Source: Candidatus Delongbacteria bacterium (GTDB taxonomy: Bacteria > CAIWAD01). Taken from it: a DNA stretch of 64,000 bases. Below the pieces are notes generated by a model. It was not told the origin of the DNA, searched no databases, and saw only the letters and a list, made by a program, of their open reading frames with translations. Positions 42,794 to 52,216 of this stretch are shown here, piece after piece. Made by a program: the position numbers and the translations under genes. Within the stretch, counting starts at the first letter, position 1, and each line of letters starts with the position of its first letter. The DNA lies in contig JACKCN010000003.1 of assembly GCA_020634015.1 (NCBI GenBank), forward strand, positions 173,429 through 237,428. The letters are read 5' to 3'.

Positions 42794-44626
42794 TCACTTG
42801 CACAGCAGGACTTTCTGCTGCAGCAGCTCCGAGTCACCCTGGAGGCGCACGATGTATACGCCGGAGGCCAGAGTGGAGCCGTCCAGCCGAAAACTGTGCT
42901 CGCCCGTGCCCATCAGCCCCTCGTGGAGCCTGGCGACTTCCTGGCCGAGCAGATTGAAGATGCCCAGACTGGCGTGTTGTGCGTGGCTCACGACCACGCC
43001 CAGCACCGTGTCGGGATTGAACGGGTTGGGGAAGGCTGGCTGCAGGATCAGAGAACCAGGGAGTCCCGCCTGCGGAGCAAGCGAGGCGCTCGGATCGATC
43101 ACCAGAAACTGGCCCATCATGCCGGCGTCCTCGTGGATCAGCATGTGGCAGTGATACATGTATGGTACCGTGCTGCTGGCATGGTCAAGAAACTGGGTGA
43201 TGAACCGCACGGTCTGCATGGGCGGCACCAGAATCACATCCTTGCGCCCGCTCAGTGCGGGCAGGGGAGGCGCACCGTTCAGATCCAACACGTAGAACTG
43301 GACATCGTGGATATGGAATGGATGGGCGATCGGCGACTGGTTGGTGATCGACCAGATTTCGGTGGCCCCCAGCATGATCGTCTCGTTGATCATGCCCATG
43401 TCGAACTCGCTGCCATTGATCAGGAAGTGACCATTGAGCGCGTTGGGACCCGGAGTCATGGGAGTCAGCAGGAACTGCCGGAGCGTGTCGGCCTGGCTTT
43501 CTGGCAGGGGAGTCTGCGGCACCAGTTCCCCGGGAATGGTCAGCACCGGATTCTCGCTCTGCGCGCCGATGTTGAAGCGCATGACCTGAAAGTCGGTGCC
43601 GTTCATCGGATTCGGGTTGTATCCGGTCAGTACCTGCTGGGGCATCATTCCCGGCTGAAGGGCGCCGTATACGCCATTCGGCAGTTCCGAGGCATAGCTC
43701 ATCAGAGCGAGGGAACCCGTGTAGTTGGCGAAGTTCACCAGAATCTCCGCACGCTCGCCCGGGGAAAGCTGCAACCGGGTCAATGCCAGTGGCGAGCCCA
43801 GCAGGCCGCCATCGGAGGCGATCATCTGGAAGTTGCTGTTGTCTTCCAGCCCAAGGTTGAAGGTGCGCATCGAGGAGCCGTTCAGCAGGCGCAGGCGGAC
43901 CACCTGGCCCGGCACGGCAAGTTCCGCGTTGACGGTGGCATTCACCATCAGCACCGAGTCGGCATTCGAAGGCACGATGATCTGCCCGGTCTCATCGACG
44001 GTCTTGGTCTGGATCGCCAGAGGGAAGTCATCAACGCCGTAGGTGCGCGGCAGGTCCAGCGCGGCCTCTTCGGCGTCGCGCACGATCACGAAACCGGCGA
44101 TGCCCCGCGAGGCGTGCAGATTTGTGTTCTCGTGCAGGTGCGGGTGATACCAATAGGTTCCGGCCTTGTCCAGCACCGTGAACTGCGGGTTCCAGGTCGC
44201 CCCGGGCACGATCACGGTATGGGGACCGCCGTCATTCTCGGGTGACACATGCATGCCGTGCCAGTGGATGGTAGTGGTCGTGCCCAGTTGATTCTCAAGG
44301 AACAGGCTCACGTCCTCGCCCTGTTCCATGATCAGAGTCGGTCCCAGGACTGGCCCGTTCACCCCCATGGTGGCCGAATCGGTGCCCGGACGGAACTGCC
44401 AGCTGCCGGTCTGCAGGGTCAGCTGATAGGTTGGGCCTTCAAGGGTCGGCGGCAGCAGGATGGTGGCCCCGGCAGGACCTGTCCAGCCCGCCAGGGTCGC
44501 CAGGGCGATCACGCCAAGAATTCGTTGGCGCAGGAACGCGCAGGCAGGTTGAACAGGCAAGGAACAGATATCCACGCAGTCTCCAATCAGGTGATTCAAT
44601 GAGTGTGTGGGGGCGTGCTCAGGCAA
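42794..44626 (-). CDS. multicopper oxidase (CotA/CueO/bilirubin oxidase-like) with T9SS C-terminal sorting domain
   Basis: Four copper-binding His motifs ('IHWHGMHV', 'WYHPHLH', 'HPFHIHD', 'HCHMLIHEDAGMM'). The C-terminal ~80 aa, 'FPNPFNPDTVLGVVV...LGIFNLLGQEVARLHEG...LASGVYIVRLQGDSELLQQKVLLCK', fit the T9SS CTD. Confidence 0.85.
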   Translation of the reverse strand: MPEHAPTHSLNHLIGDCVDICSLPVQPACAFLRQRILGVIALATLAGWTGPAGATILLPPTLEGPTYQLTLQTGSWQFRPGTDSATMGVNGPVLGPTLIMEQGEDVSLFLENQLGTTTTIHWHGMHVSPENDGGPHTVIVPGATWNPQFTVLDKAGTYWYHPHLHENTNLHASRGIAGFVIVRDAEEAALDLPRTYGVDDFPLAIQTKTVDETGQIIVPSNADSVLMVNATVNAELAVPGQVVRLRLLNGSSMRTFNLGLEDNSNFQMIASDGGLLGSPLALTRLQLSPGERAEILVNFANYTGSLALMSYASELPNGVYGALQPGMMPQQVLTGYNPNPMNGTDFQVMRFNIGAQSENPVLTIPGELVPQTPLPESQADTLRQFLLTPMTPGPNALNGHFLINGSEFDMGMINETIMLGATEIWSITNQSPIAHPFHIHDVQFYVLDLNGAPPLPALSGRKDVILVPPMQTVRFITQFLDHASSTVPYMYHCHMLIHEDAGMMGQFLVIDPSASLAPQAGLPGSLILQPAFPNPFNPDTVLGVVVSHAQHASLGIFNLLGQEVARLHEGLMGTGEHSFRLDGSTLASGVYIVRLQGDSELLQQKVLLCK

Positions 44627-44649
44627 GAATGGGCGAGTTGTCGCCGGTT

Positions 44650-45021
44650 TCAGTCATCTCCAGGAGTCACTTTGCTCGCTGGATCAATCTCGTACAACTT
44701 GCGCTTCGCCGGAACTGTTGCCTGGGGCTCCAGCACTCGCACATTCTCCAGCACCCAGGCCCAGTAGCCCGGCTGCCAGCCGCTGGAACAGGCTGCCTGC
44801 ACCTCGTCCGGGCGCCAGGGATGCACGGCCACCACGTCCACGAGCGCCACGGCCCGTCCCTCCGGGTCTTCGGGCTGGTCCTCCGAGAGGAACAGTGAGT
44901 TCTCCACGATCAGCAGGTCGTGCAATGGCAAGACTGGAGGTTGCCACGAACGCACTTCCAGCGTCTTCTCGCCACGCGCAATCCGTGTGCCATTGGGCGC
45001 GACGATGGAAAGGGCGATCAT
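44650..45021 (-). CDS. ASCH (PUA-like) domain protein
   Basis: 'EKTLEVRSW...HDLLIVENS...VALVDVVAVHPW' matches the ASCH beta-barrel pattern. Start chosen at MIALSIV within track ORF 44650..45144, 1 nt after the upstream stop. Confidence 0.55.
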   Translation of the reverse strand: MIALSIVAPNGTRIARGEKTLEVRSWQPPVLPLHDLLIVENSLFLSEDQPEDPEGRAVALVDVVAVHPWRPDEVQAACSSGWQPGYWAWVLENVRVLEPQATVPAKRKLYEIDPASKVTPGDD

Positions 45022-45022
45022 C

Positions 45023-45412
45023 TCACGAATCCTTCGACACGTGTGCGGAATGCTCTGGCGATCCGGCAGGCGAATTCCTCCGCGCAGCCAGCGTTTTCTT
45101 GCGCTCCTCCGTGAAGTCCCACCAGGGACGCGGCTCATGGCCACTCATGAAGCGCGTGACCGAGATGAACACATCCAGCACGCAGGGATCCTGGCGGCAG
45201 GCGGTCATTTTGCACAACTGCTCATACATGACCCAGGGATCGCGCCCCACCAGATCGGTGGGTTCCTGAATGCCCAGCAGACGCAGATCAGCCGCGCTGG
45301 CCGGGCCGATGTTGGGCAGGTCGACAAGTCGTCTGGTTCTTGAGCGGATGACTTTGGTGGGGTTCATGGGGAGTGACTGCATTTTGATCCAAGCGCGTGA
45401 CCGCTCGATCAT
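45023..45412 (-). CDS. helix-hairpin-helix DNA-binding protein
   Basis: 'LVDLPNIGPASAADLRLLGIQEPTDLVGRDPWVMYEQL' is an HhH (TfoX-C/ComEA-like) motif. Start reassigned to MIERSRAW, which forms an ATGA overlap with the DUF45 stop. Confidence 0.5.
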   Translation of the reverse strand: MIERSRAWIKMQSLPMNPTKVIRSRTRRLVDLPNIGPASAADLRLLGIQEPTDLVGRDPWVMYEQLCKMTACRQDPCVLDVFISVTRFMSGHEPRPWWDFTEERKKTLAARRNSPAGSPEHSAHVSKDS

Positions 45413-45735
45413 GGGTTCGATTGACTGTGCATAACGTGCTTCAATTCTGCTTCGTACACCTCGTACTCGCCCAGATGGGCTCGCATGAAGACCTTCCAGA
45501 GCTTGCCGTGGTTGGGCGTGCGCAAATGGAGCAGCTCGTGAACAATGACATAGTCCTGCAGCTTGGAGTTCAGGTGCAGCAGATCGGTGCTGAAATTCAG
45601 ATGGCCTTTGGTCGAACACGAAGCCCACTTGGCGCGCATCGGGCGTACGGCAAGGCGGACGATTTTCACATCCAGTGCCGTTTCCCACTGGCGTACGCGG
45701 GCCTTGAAAGTGAGTACGCGGTCTGCCTGCGTCAT
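45409..45735 (-). CDS. DUF45/YgjP-like zinc metallopeptidase-fold protein (WLM/SprT-like)
   Basis: HExxH 'YVIVHELLHLRTPNHGKLW'. Proteins of this family commonly follow hsdR. The start is 4 nt after the hsdR stop. Confidence 0.7.
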   Translation of the reverse strand: MTQADRVLTFKARVRQWETALDVKIVRLAVRPMRAKWASCSTKGHLNFSTDLLHLNSKLQDYVIVHELLHLRTPNHGKLWKVFMRAHLGEYEVYEAELKHVMHSQSNP

Positions 45736-45739
45736 GGGA

Positions 45740-48661
45740 TCAAATCCGCCCGGCCTTGTCCAACAGCGAGAACAGCTCTTCCACGACATCGGCCACCTGC
45801 TGCAGGTCGTCCAGTTCGGCGGCTATCGCAAAAGTGACTTTCTGACGTAACTCTCGCAGGGTGGCTTCGCTTTTCTTCCAGTTGGGCAGGTCCACGAAGG
45901 CGGCCTTGATTCGCCCGCTGACCGATTCCGCATTGCCGACCCCTTTGTCCAGCAAGGTCCTGTAAACGAAATAGGTCAGGCCATCAAAGCCTTTGGCTGC
46001 CTGCTCCTTCTTGCGGAGTTCGTTGGCTTCCACGGCCTCAAGCAAGGTGGCCAGGGCTTCACTTGTGGAAGTCTGCCGCTCTTCGAAACTCTGCTGGACG
46101 GCCAGGGCTCGTTCCGCCATCGCGATCAGAAACGGATCGTCGCTTTCCTCTTCGGCCGTCTTCTGGATGCTGCGGATCAGGTTGATGACTTTCGTGCCTT
46201 CGCCGCCACGGGTTGACTTGATGAGTTCGATCGTATCCTCGTCGATCCGGATCCGGCCGCTGGGATCCGCGAGTCCATAGGTGCCCACCTGTTCCTGGAT
46301 CAAACTGCCCGTCTTGCGTTGGAACTCCCGGTCCACATAGACTGTCTTTGCAAAAGCCTTGCGCACCACGTGGTACATCGCTGCCAGTGATGTATAGGAA
46401 TCGATGAACGGCCGCAAGAAGGCATCCGGTGAGATGATTTCGTAAAGCATCTCGAGTTCCTTGAACTCCTTGAAGAATACCTTGCGCCGGTCGGCATCAC
46501 GAAAATGCTCGATCAGAGTTTCCACATCCTTGTCATTGAAGTTCTGTTCAATCAGGGCGAGATACGCCGGTGCCGATTGTTCCATCCTGGATTTGAACAA
46601 TTCCTTGAGCAGCTTCAGATCCTTGACGATGGCGTTCACTTCGTCGCTGTCGAAGGCCAGCGCCTTTGACAGCTTGTCAAAGATGCCCACGAAATCCAGC
46701 ACGAAACCGTGTGGCTTCACCATTTCCTGTGCTTCGTTCTCGTACGGGCGGTTCACCCGGGCAATGGCCTGCAGCAGAGTGTGGTCACGCATCGGCTTGT
46801 CCAGATACATCGCGTACAGCACGGGTGCATCGAAGCCCGTCAGCAGTTTCTCGGTGACGATGAGAATCTTCGGCTGCTGGTCCAGCTTGCCAAAGCTCTT
46901 GCGGATCTGGCGTTCACGCTTGCTCTCAAGATGGAACTCCTTCAGCAGGGCCGAATCGTTGTTGTTGTCCGTGTACACCACCTCCGAGTAATCGGGCGGC
47001 AGAAACTGGTCCAGCGCATGTTTGTACATCGCACAGGCTTCGCGGTCCACACCTACCAGAAAGCCTTTGTAACCCAGCGGCTCCACGGTTTCCCGGTAGT
47101 GACTGGCGACGAACTGTGCCACCTGCTGGATACGCTGTGCCCCTTTGAGGAAGTTTTTCAGGGTCACCGCCCGCTCAAGGATCTTGTTCAGTTCCTCAAT
47201 GTCGGCCACGCCTTCGGCTTCGGCGAGGGAGAGAAACTCCTTGTCCAGAGTTTCGTGCGGAACGAGCAGTTCGTTGGGGGCGAGCTGGTAGTACAGCGGC
47301 AGGGTGGTGCCGTCCTCGATACTGTCCGAGATGGAGTACTTGTGCAGGTAGCCCCGGTCATCTTCGCAGCCGAAGGTCTTGAAGGTACCCTTGCCGTAAA
47401 CGGTCCTGTCCACCGGCGTTCCCGTGAAGCCGATGTAGGTCGCATTCGGCAGACCGGCCATCAGGAAGTTGCCCAGATCGCCACCAGTGGTACGGTGGGC
47501 TTCGTCAATAAGCACGTAGATATTGGTGCGCGTGTTGATATCCGCAGGCATGTCGCGGAATTTGTGCACCATGGTCACGATGATACCGCGGTAGTCATCC
47601 CTCAGCAGCTGGTTGAGTCGATCGATGCTGCTGGCGTGCTCCAGATTGCCCATGCCGAGCGCGGCCAGATTCTTCAGCATCTGATCTTCCAGCTCGTTGC
47701 GGTCAATCATCAGCAGCACGGTGGGCTTGTCGGCTTCCGGTGCGCGGAAGAGCTTTTCCGCCGCCTTGATTATGGTGAAAGTCTTGCCGCTTCCCTGGGT
47801 GTGCCAGACGAGGCCCCGCCTGCGTCCGGGATCGAGGGCCCGACCGACAGTCGCTTCCACGGCGCCGGTCTGGTGCTGGCGCAGGATGTATTTGTTCAGC
47901 TCCTCGTCCTTTTCGGCGAAGACGATGTAGTCCTTCAGAAAGGCCAGCACCTGCGGAATGGCACAGAAGCTGCGAACCTTGGCCTCCAGCTTGCCGAGCT
48001 CCGTGTCCTTCCAGTTGAAGATGTTCCGCCGCACCGTATTCCAACTTGCACCGTATGAGAAGCCGATCGCGTCGGTGGCGGTGAACAGTTGTTGCGACAC
48101 GAACAGTTCGGGAGTCTCGCGGTGGTAGCGGCGGATCTGGTCCACCCCCAGGGCAATCGCCTCGTCCTTGCTGGCGTTCTTGCACTCGATCACCAGTACG
48201 GGGATGCCATTGATGAGAAAGACCACATCTTCCCGCGTTCCGTAGCGCCCGTTGTGAAAGGCCCACTCCTCGGTCACTTCGTAGACATTGTTCGTTGGCT
48301 CGTCGTAGTCGATCAGGTTCAGGTCGCGCTCGCGCTTCTCCTGGTGATCGAAGAACTTGCCGTGGTTTCGCAGGTGCTCGACGAATTCACGGTTTCCGTA
48401 AATGTCGGTGTGTAGGCGACGGAACTGTCCGGGCAGAGCACCCGCGGCCTCGGCGTAACACGGGTTGAACTCCCGCACCTTGCTGTCCAGCAGAGCCTCG
48501 AAGTAGAGCGAACGGTTCCGGGCTCGGTCGGCAACCGGCGTGTCGGGATCAAACCCGCGCCGCTGCTCAGCTGCGGCACGGGACACAACAGTCCAGCCGA
48601 TAGCCTCGGCGTAGGCGAGGATCCGGGATTGGACGGTTTTATGTTCTCCGGGTGTGAGCAT
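45740..48661 (-). CDS. hsdR: type I restriction enzyme R subunit (helicase/endonuclease)
   Basis: N-terminal nuclease region and SF2 helicase motifs ('HTQGSGKTFTIIKAAEKL' motif I, 'IYVLIDEAHRTTGG' motif II DEAH). The 973-aa length is typical of HsdR. Confidence 0.92.
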   Translation of the reverse strand: MLTPGEHKTVQSRILAYAEAIGWTVVSRAAAEQRRGFDPDTPVADRARNRSLYFEALLDSKVREFNPCYAEAAGALPGQFRRLHTDIYGNREFVEHLRNHGKFFDHQEKRERDLNLIDYDEPTNNVYEVTEEWAFHNGRYGTREDVVFLINGIPVLVIECKNASKDEAIALGVDQIRRYHRETPELFVSQQLFTATDAIGFSYGASWNTVRRNIFNWKDTELGKLEAKVRSFCAIPQVLAFLKDYIVFAEKDEELNKYILRQHQTGAVEATVGRALDPGRRRGLVWHTQGSGKTFTIIKAAEKLFRAPEADKPTVLLMIDRNELEDQMLKNLAALGMGNLEHASSIDRLNQLLRDDYRGIIVTMVHKFRDMPADINTRTNIYVLIDEAHRTTGGDLGNFLMAGLPNATYIGFTGTPVDRTVYGKGTFKTFGCEDDRGYLHKYSISDSIEDGTTLPLYYQLAPNELLVPHETLDKEFLSLAEAEGVADIEELNKILERAVTLKNFLKGAQRIQQVAQFVASHYRETVEPLGYKGFLVGVDREACAMYKHALDQFLPPDYSEVVYTDNNNDSALLKEFHLESKRERQIRKSFGKLDQQPKILIVTEKLLTGFDAPVLYAMYLDKPMRDHTLLQAIARVNRPYENEAQEMVKPHGFVLDFVGIFDKLSKALAFDSDEVNAIVKDLKLLKELFKSRMEQSAPAYLALIEQNFNDKDVETLIEHFRDADRRKVFFKEFKELEMLYEIISPDAFLRPFIDSYTSLAAMYHVVRKAFAKTVYVDREFQRKTGSLIQEQVGTYGLADPSGRIRIDEDTIELIKSTRGGEGTKVINLIRSIQKTAEEESDDPFLIAMAERALAVQQSFEERQTSTSEALATLLEAVEANELRKKEQAAKGFDGLTYFVYRTLLDKGVGNAESVSGRIKAAFVDLPNWKKSEATLRELRQKVTFAIAAELDDLQQVADVVEELFSLLDKAGRI

Positions 48662-48968
48662 GAGTTACAGATTCTCGCTCGGCGCTGGTGGAAAGCCCGA
48701 GAGTTGGGTCACATGATTCCACGAGCAAATCGGCTTGACTGAGTATTCAGAACTCTCAAAGTCAGCAGGAGGATTTGTGTGCGTCTTCATTCTCTTGGCC
48801 ATCGTTGAATTTGCGTCTCCCGATTGAAGGGGCAGCTGAAAACCGCAGGCTATCCCAACATTGAGTTTGTATGTGTATGCCCAAATGGATCGAGATATTC
48901 GTACGTCTCCTATGGGCATCAACATTCAAAGATTGGCATGATTCAGGTCGTGTCTGCTGATTCAGTGC

Positions 48969-51050
48969 TCAATTTGCGGGTAGTCCGAGTTTGTCAAAGA
49001 ACGCGCGATTCCGTTCTTTCGCCATATTTACAAGGCGGCCAAAGGAGATCACTTCCACATAGGCGTTTACGTTGTCCTTATAGCCAAAATAACCCTGTCC
49101 ATCAGAAGTGCGCTTGAGGTTGTGATGAATTCGACAGCGCTTTTCAAACGATGGTGTAAGGTCTGCGAGGATGTAGCAGAAACCTGGAACAACATTGTTT
49201 TGGAGTGATGGAATGGGCCGCCCAGTTGATGTCATCACACCTCCTTGTCGAATTCTTTCAAGATAGTCGATCGCCTGTTCGATGGGGTCATGGTCCTGAC
49301 CCGCCTTTGCATCATTCCGCATCGGTCGTTTTATCTCCACAATCTCGATGCTGGCAGGCGGAAGCTTGGTTCCTTCTGAAACCAAAATCGGTTGATCGAA
49401 GACATTCAAGACGCAGATATCGGGTTCCTTACCATCTCCAGATGCTGTAATGGGAATCGACTTGAGCGGTTTATCCGAAGCTAGGTAATCATGGAACGCG
49501 AGCCTTTCATCGACTAGCCATAAATTGCAACTGTCCATCAGGAGTTCCGAGCTATCCTTCCGCATTTGAATAATGAGGCTGTGAATTAACTCCTCCCGAA
49601 CGTAGTTCCCGTGCACATCCTTCTCGATAGCCTTTTCGAAGAGGTCAATAATCACCCGCCGGTGCGAAACGTAACTCGCAAGATCTGATTTCTTGATGTC
49701 CGCGGCTTTTGCCAAGTAAGACTCGAGCTTAGTCCTGTATTGTTCATCCAGTGGTGCGTGAGTTTGGCTGAGGATGTCGTGCCCTTCGCTTATAAGTTCC
49801 CTCTCGAAATTTGCGAACTGTTTATGAAGAGTGAGTTCCAGATCCTTGTCCGAAATGTCGGGATCGATATTTAGTTCAGTCTCAGGAATTCGAGAGAGGA
49901 TGGGGCGATAGCGGGGCGCCTTGGTTGCAACAAACGTCGAGACCTTGTCTTTCGAGCGCTGCAAGTTTTTCTCGAGATGCTCTGCCAGTTGCACTTTTGC
50001 TCGCTCTACTACCGCCTCTCGAATGTCGTTGAGGCCGATCTCTGTGTTCGCAAATAGCCCATCGACATTGTCGATAATTTCAAATCCTGTGCGCTCAGGA
50101 CGTACATTTTCATCTAAAAATGCCGAACTCACATAACAGGAATAAACGAACTCGCCGTTAGCATCTGTGAGTTTCCCGTGTAGCCCCGGCAACTTGCCGG
50201 ACAGCTTTTCTTCTGCGACCAGTCGATTGTCGGCGCAGAACGCGATGAAATGCGCCGAGAGGGAGGTATACCTGAGCCGGACATGAACGAGGTCGAATGA
50301 CTGTTCCTTGATGGAAATGGTTTCCGGAACGGCCGAAGAATGCATGTGAGCATCGTAGACATCATTTATTGAAATCAATTCTGCTTCATCAACGAGTTCG
50401 ATTAGCGGTGCACCACCCTGCCTGATGAAATACCACAGGCAGTGCTCAAAAATGCTATCAGCTATCGCGCCAGGGGTTTTACGTGCGTACTCGCGATAGC
50501 GCGTATTGAACTCATCAAGGTGGACACTGGTACTGATCGAAGAACTTACGGGTGCCGTGTAGTTTTCCTCATTAGAGACTCCGCCGTCGGCGCTAAAGGT
50601 GAAAGTGCGCTGAAAGAGGCTTTCACCCACTCGATAGGTACTTTCAACTCGGACGTTCTTGAAGGCTTTGAGCCAGAGCAAGCGTCCTATTCCACGGCAA
50701 CCCTTTTGGATTTTATGTTCTGAATCAAGTGTCCGGAACGACAGCATGTTGTCGTCTGTGAATCCGATTCCGTTATCCTCAATTTTAAATCCGACAATGT
50801 CCTCAAGTGCATCCGGCCCTCTCTTCTTGGAATCTCTCAGATTCAAGGATCCTTGTTTTGATCCCCGAAGAATAGTGACCCGGATTCGACCGTCTTCTGT
50901 GGAAACACTCGCTTCCTCAAGTGCATGAATCGAATTCACTACCGCCTCAAACAGTGGAAGAAGGCCACTTGTCAAGGGTAGGGGGGTGTTTCTGAGCCGA
51001 CCGCCTAAATTTGCCGGCATCGTGCTTGTTGATTTCGGCGATGTGCTCAT
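48969..51050 (-). CDS. GHKL (Bergerat-fold) ATPase with putative C-terminal PD-(D/E)xK nuclease-like module, embedded between hsdS and hsdR
   Basis: N-box 'FEAVVNSIHALEEA' (ExxxNxxxA) and G1-box 'IVGFKIEDNGIGFTDDN' (DxGxG). The C-terminal 'ICVLNVFDQP...(19)...IEIVEIKRP' fits D...ExK. Low GC (~50%). 4-nt overlap with the hsdS stop. Confidence 0.7.
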   Translation of the reverse strand: MSTSPKSTSTMPANLGGRLRNTPLPLTSGLLPLFEAVVNSIHALEEASVSTEDGRIRVTILRGSKQGSLNLRDSKKRGPDALEDIVGFKIEDNGIGFTDDNMLSFRTLDSEHKIQKGCRGIGRLLWLKAFKNVRVESTYRVGESLFQRTFTFSADGGVSNEENYTAPVSSSISTSVHLDEFNTRYREYARKTPGAIADSIFEHCLWYFIRQGGAPLIELVDEAELISINDVYDAHMHSSAVPETISIKEQSFDLVHVRLRYTSLSAHFIAFCADNRLVAEEKLSGKLPGLHGKLTDANGEFVYSCYVSSAFLDENVRPERTGFEIIDNVDGLFANTEIGLNDIREAVVERAKVQLAEHLEKNLQRSKDKVSTFVATKAPRYRPILSRIPETELNIDPDISDKDLELTLHKQFANFERELISEGHDILSQTHAPLDEQYRTKLESYLAKAADIKKSDLASYVSHRRVIIDLFEKAIEKDVHGNYVREELIHSLIIQMRKDSSELLMDSCNLWLVDERLAFHDYLASDKPLKSIPITASGDGKEPDICVLNVFDQPILVSEGTKLPPASIEIVEIKRPMRNDAKAGQDHDPIEQAIDYLERIRQGGVMTSTGRPIPSLQNNVVPGFCYILADLTPSFEKRCRIHHNLKRTSDGQGYFGYKDNVNAYVEVISFGRLVNMAKERNRAFFDKLGLPAN

Positions 51051-52216
51051 AAGGAAATCTCCAATCTGTGAACGCGGGACTTCGCGGTCATCAGTTCGTG
51101 AAGGAGGGTGAGGAAGAGGTCTTGGAACGAGTGTTTGCGACTCTCGTGAAAGGTGATCTTTGATTCGACCGTTTCCAGCGCTTCGCCGATCTCCACCTGT
51201 TGGCCCTTTGGGGGGACAACGATCTTCTCGCCGTGGACAATATTCCGATTCAATGTTGGGTTTGCGGCTCCCGTGTCGAATCGCTTCAGTCGCATAGTCT
51301 TAAGCAAGTAACCGACAAATCGGGGATCGTTCCCTTTGAAATCTTTCACCCAAAGAGTCGTGTCATGAGGCCAATAGTCGGTTGGAATATAGTGGACCGT
51401 TCCGAGGGTGCCCTTACGCCCGATAACGACCCCCGGGCCCTTTACTTTCGGTTCATCGTGATAGCTGCTAACGCCTCCAGATGAGACGACCGGATACTCT
51501 CCGGGTCTTTGGTCCTTTTTCGTGATGTCGAATCCTCTTTGAAGAACAGCGAATGAATCGAAGCGTTTGACCTCCCAGCTTTCGGGGACGGGGCCGATTT
51601 CGGTTTGTTTTTGGGGTTCGTTGCGAAGGCCTTCGGTGAAGAGCTTGTGCATGAGAGCCTTCTTCAGCTCTGTGGTTGTCTGAATGATCCGCTCCTGCGC
51701 TTCGATCGCCTTCTGCACCGTCGACAGGATGTGCGCCATCTTCTTCTGTTCGGCTAGTGGGGGGAGTGAAAGGCGGAATTCCTTCAGCGAAGGCCACGAT
51801 GTCCTGGGATGCTGAACCCCGCTCGTCGTTGATTTTGCGTGGTCGATGAATTCATTGCTGTGGATGACAAACTTCAAGTACTCTGACTCACAGGAAGGCG
51901 TAGCACGAAATGCGAGAATGTCCGTTGAGCATACACCATCAAAATTGGCCCGTGCGCCTTTGCGGAGATACGGACGAAGCTTTCCAAAGAGAATGTCGTC
52001 TACTTTGAAGGCCGTCTTGGCGGACTTCACGTCGCTTTCTTTTCCTCGGCCAACAAACACGGGAAATCCTTGGGCCAGGTGCTCAAGGCCTACATATGGT
52101 GTGTCGCCGCCTTCGATTGGTTTGTATGAATCCTTCACACGATTGCATATGTCACCAAACTTGTGGTTTTCCCATCCAGGAGGCAGTGGATCAAGAAGCA
52201 AGTTGGAATCGCTCAT
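51047..52216 (-). CDS. hsdS: type I restriction-modification specificity subunit
   Basis: Two target-recognition domains separated by the conserved central and C-terminal coiled-coil repeats ('SLPPLAEQKKMAHILSTVQKAIEAQERIIQTTTELKKALMHKLFTEG' and 'LLHELMTAKSRVHRLE'). Start reassigned to MSDSNLLLDP with a GGAG RBS. The upstream part of track ORF ..52348 begins with GTG and is unlikely to be coding. Confidence 0.85.
   Translation of the reverse strand: MSDSNLLLDPLPPGWENHKFGDICNRVKDSYKPIEGGDTPYVGLEHLAQGFPVFVGRGKESDVKSAKTAFKVDDILFGKLRPYLRKGARANFDGVCSTDILAFRATPSCESEYLKFVIHSNEFIDHAKSTTSGVQHPRTSWPSLKEFRLSLPPLAEQKKMAHILSTVQKAIEAQERIIQTTTELKKALMHKLFTEGLRNEPQKQTEIGPVPESWEVKRFDSFAVLQRGFDITKKDQRPGEYPVVSSGGVSSYHDEPKVKGPGVVIGRKGTLGTVHYIPTDYWPHDTTLWVKDFKGNDPRFVGYLLKTMRLKRFDTGAANPTLNRNIVHGEKIVVPPKGQQVEIGEALETVESKITFHESRKHSFQDLFLTLLHELMTAKSRVHRLEISL

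Noticed and set aside
48665-48925. 86-aa ORF in the AT-rich spacer between the GHKL gene and hsdR
   Set aside because: No RBS and no motif. The region is more likely the internal promoter and 5' UTR of hsdR, and its low GC makes spurious ORFs common.
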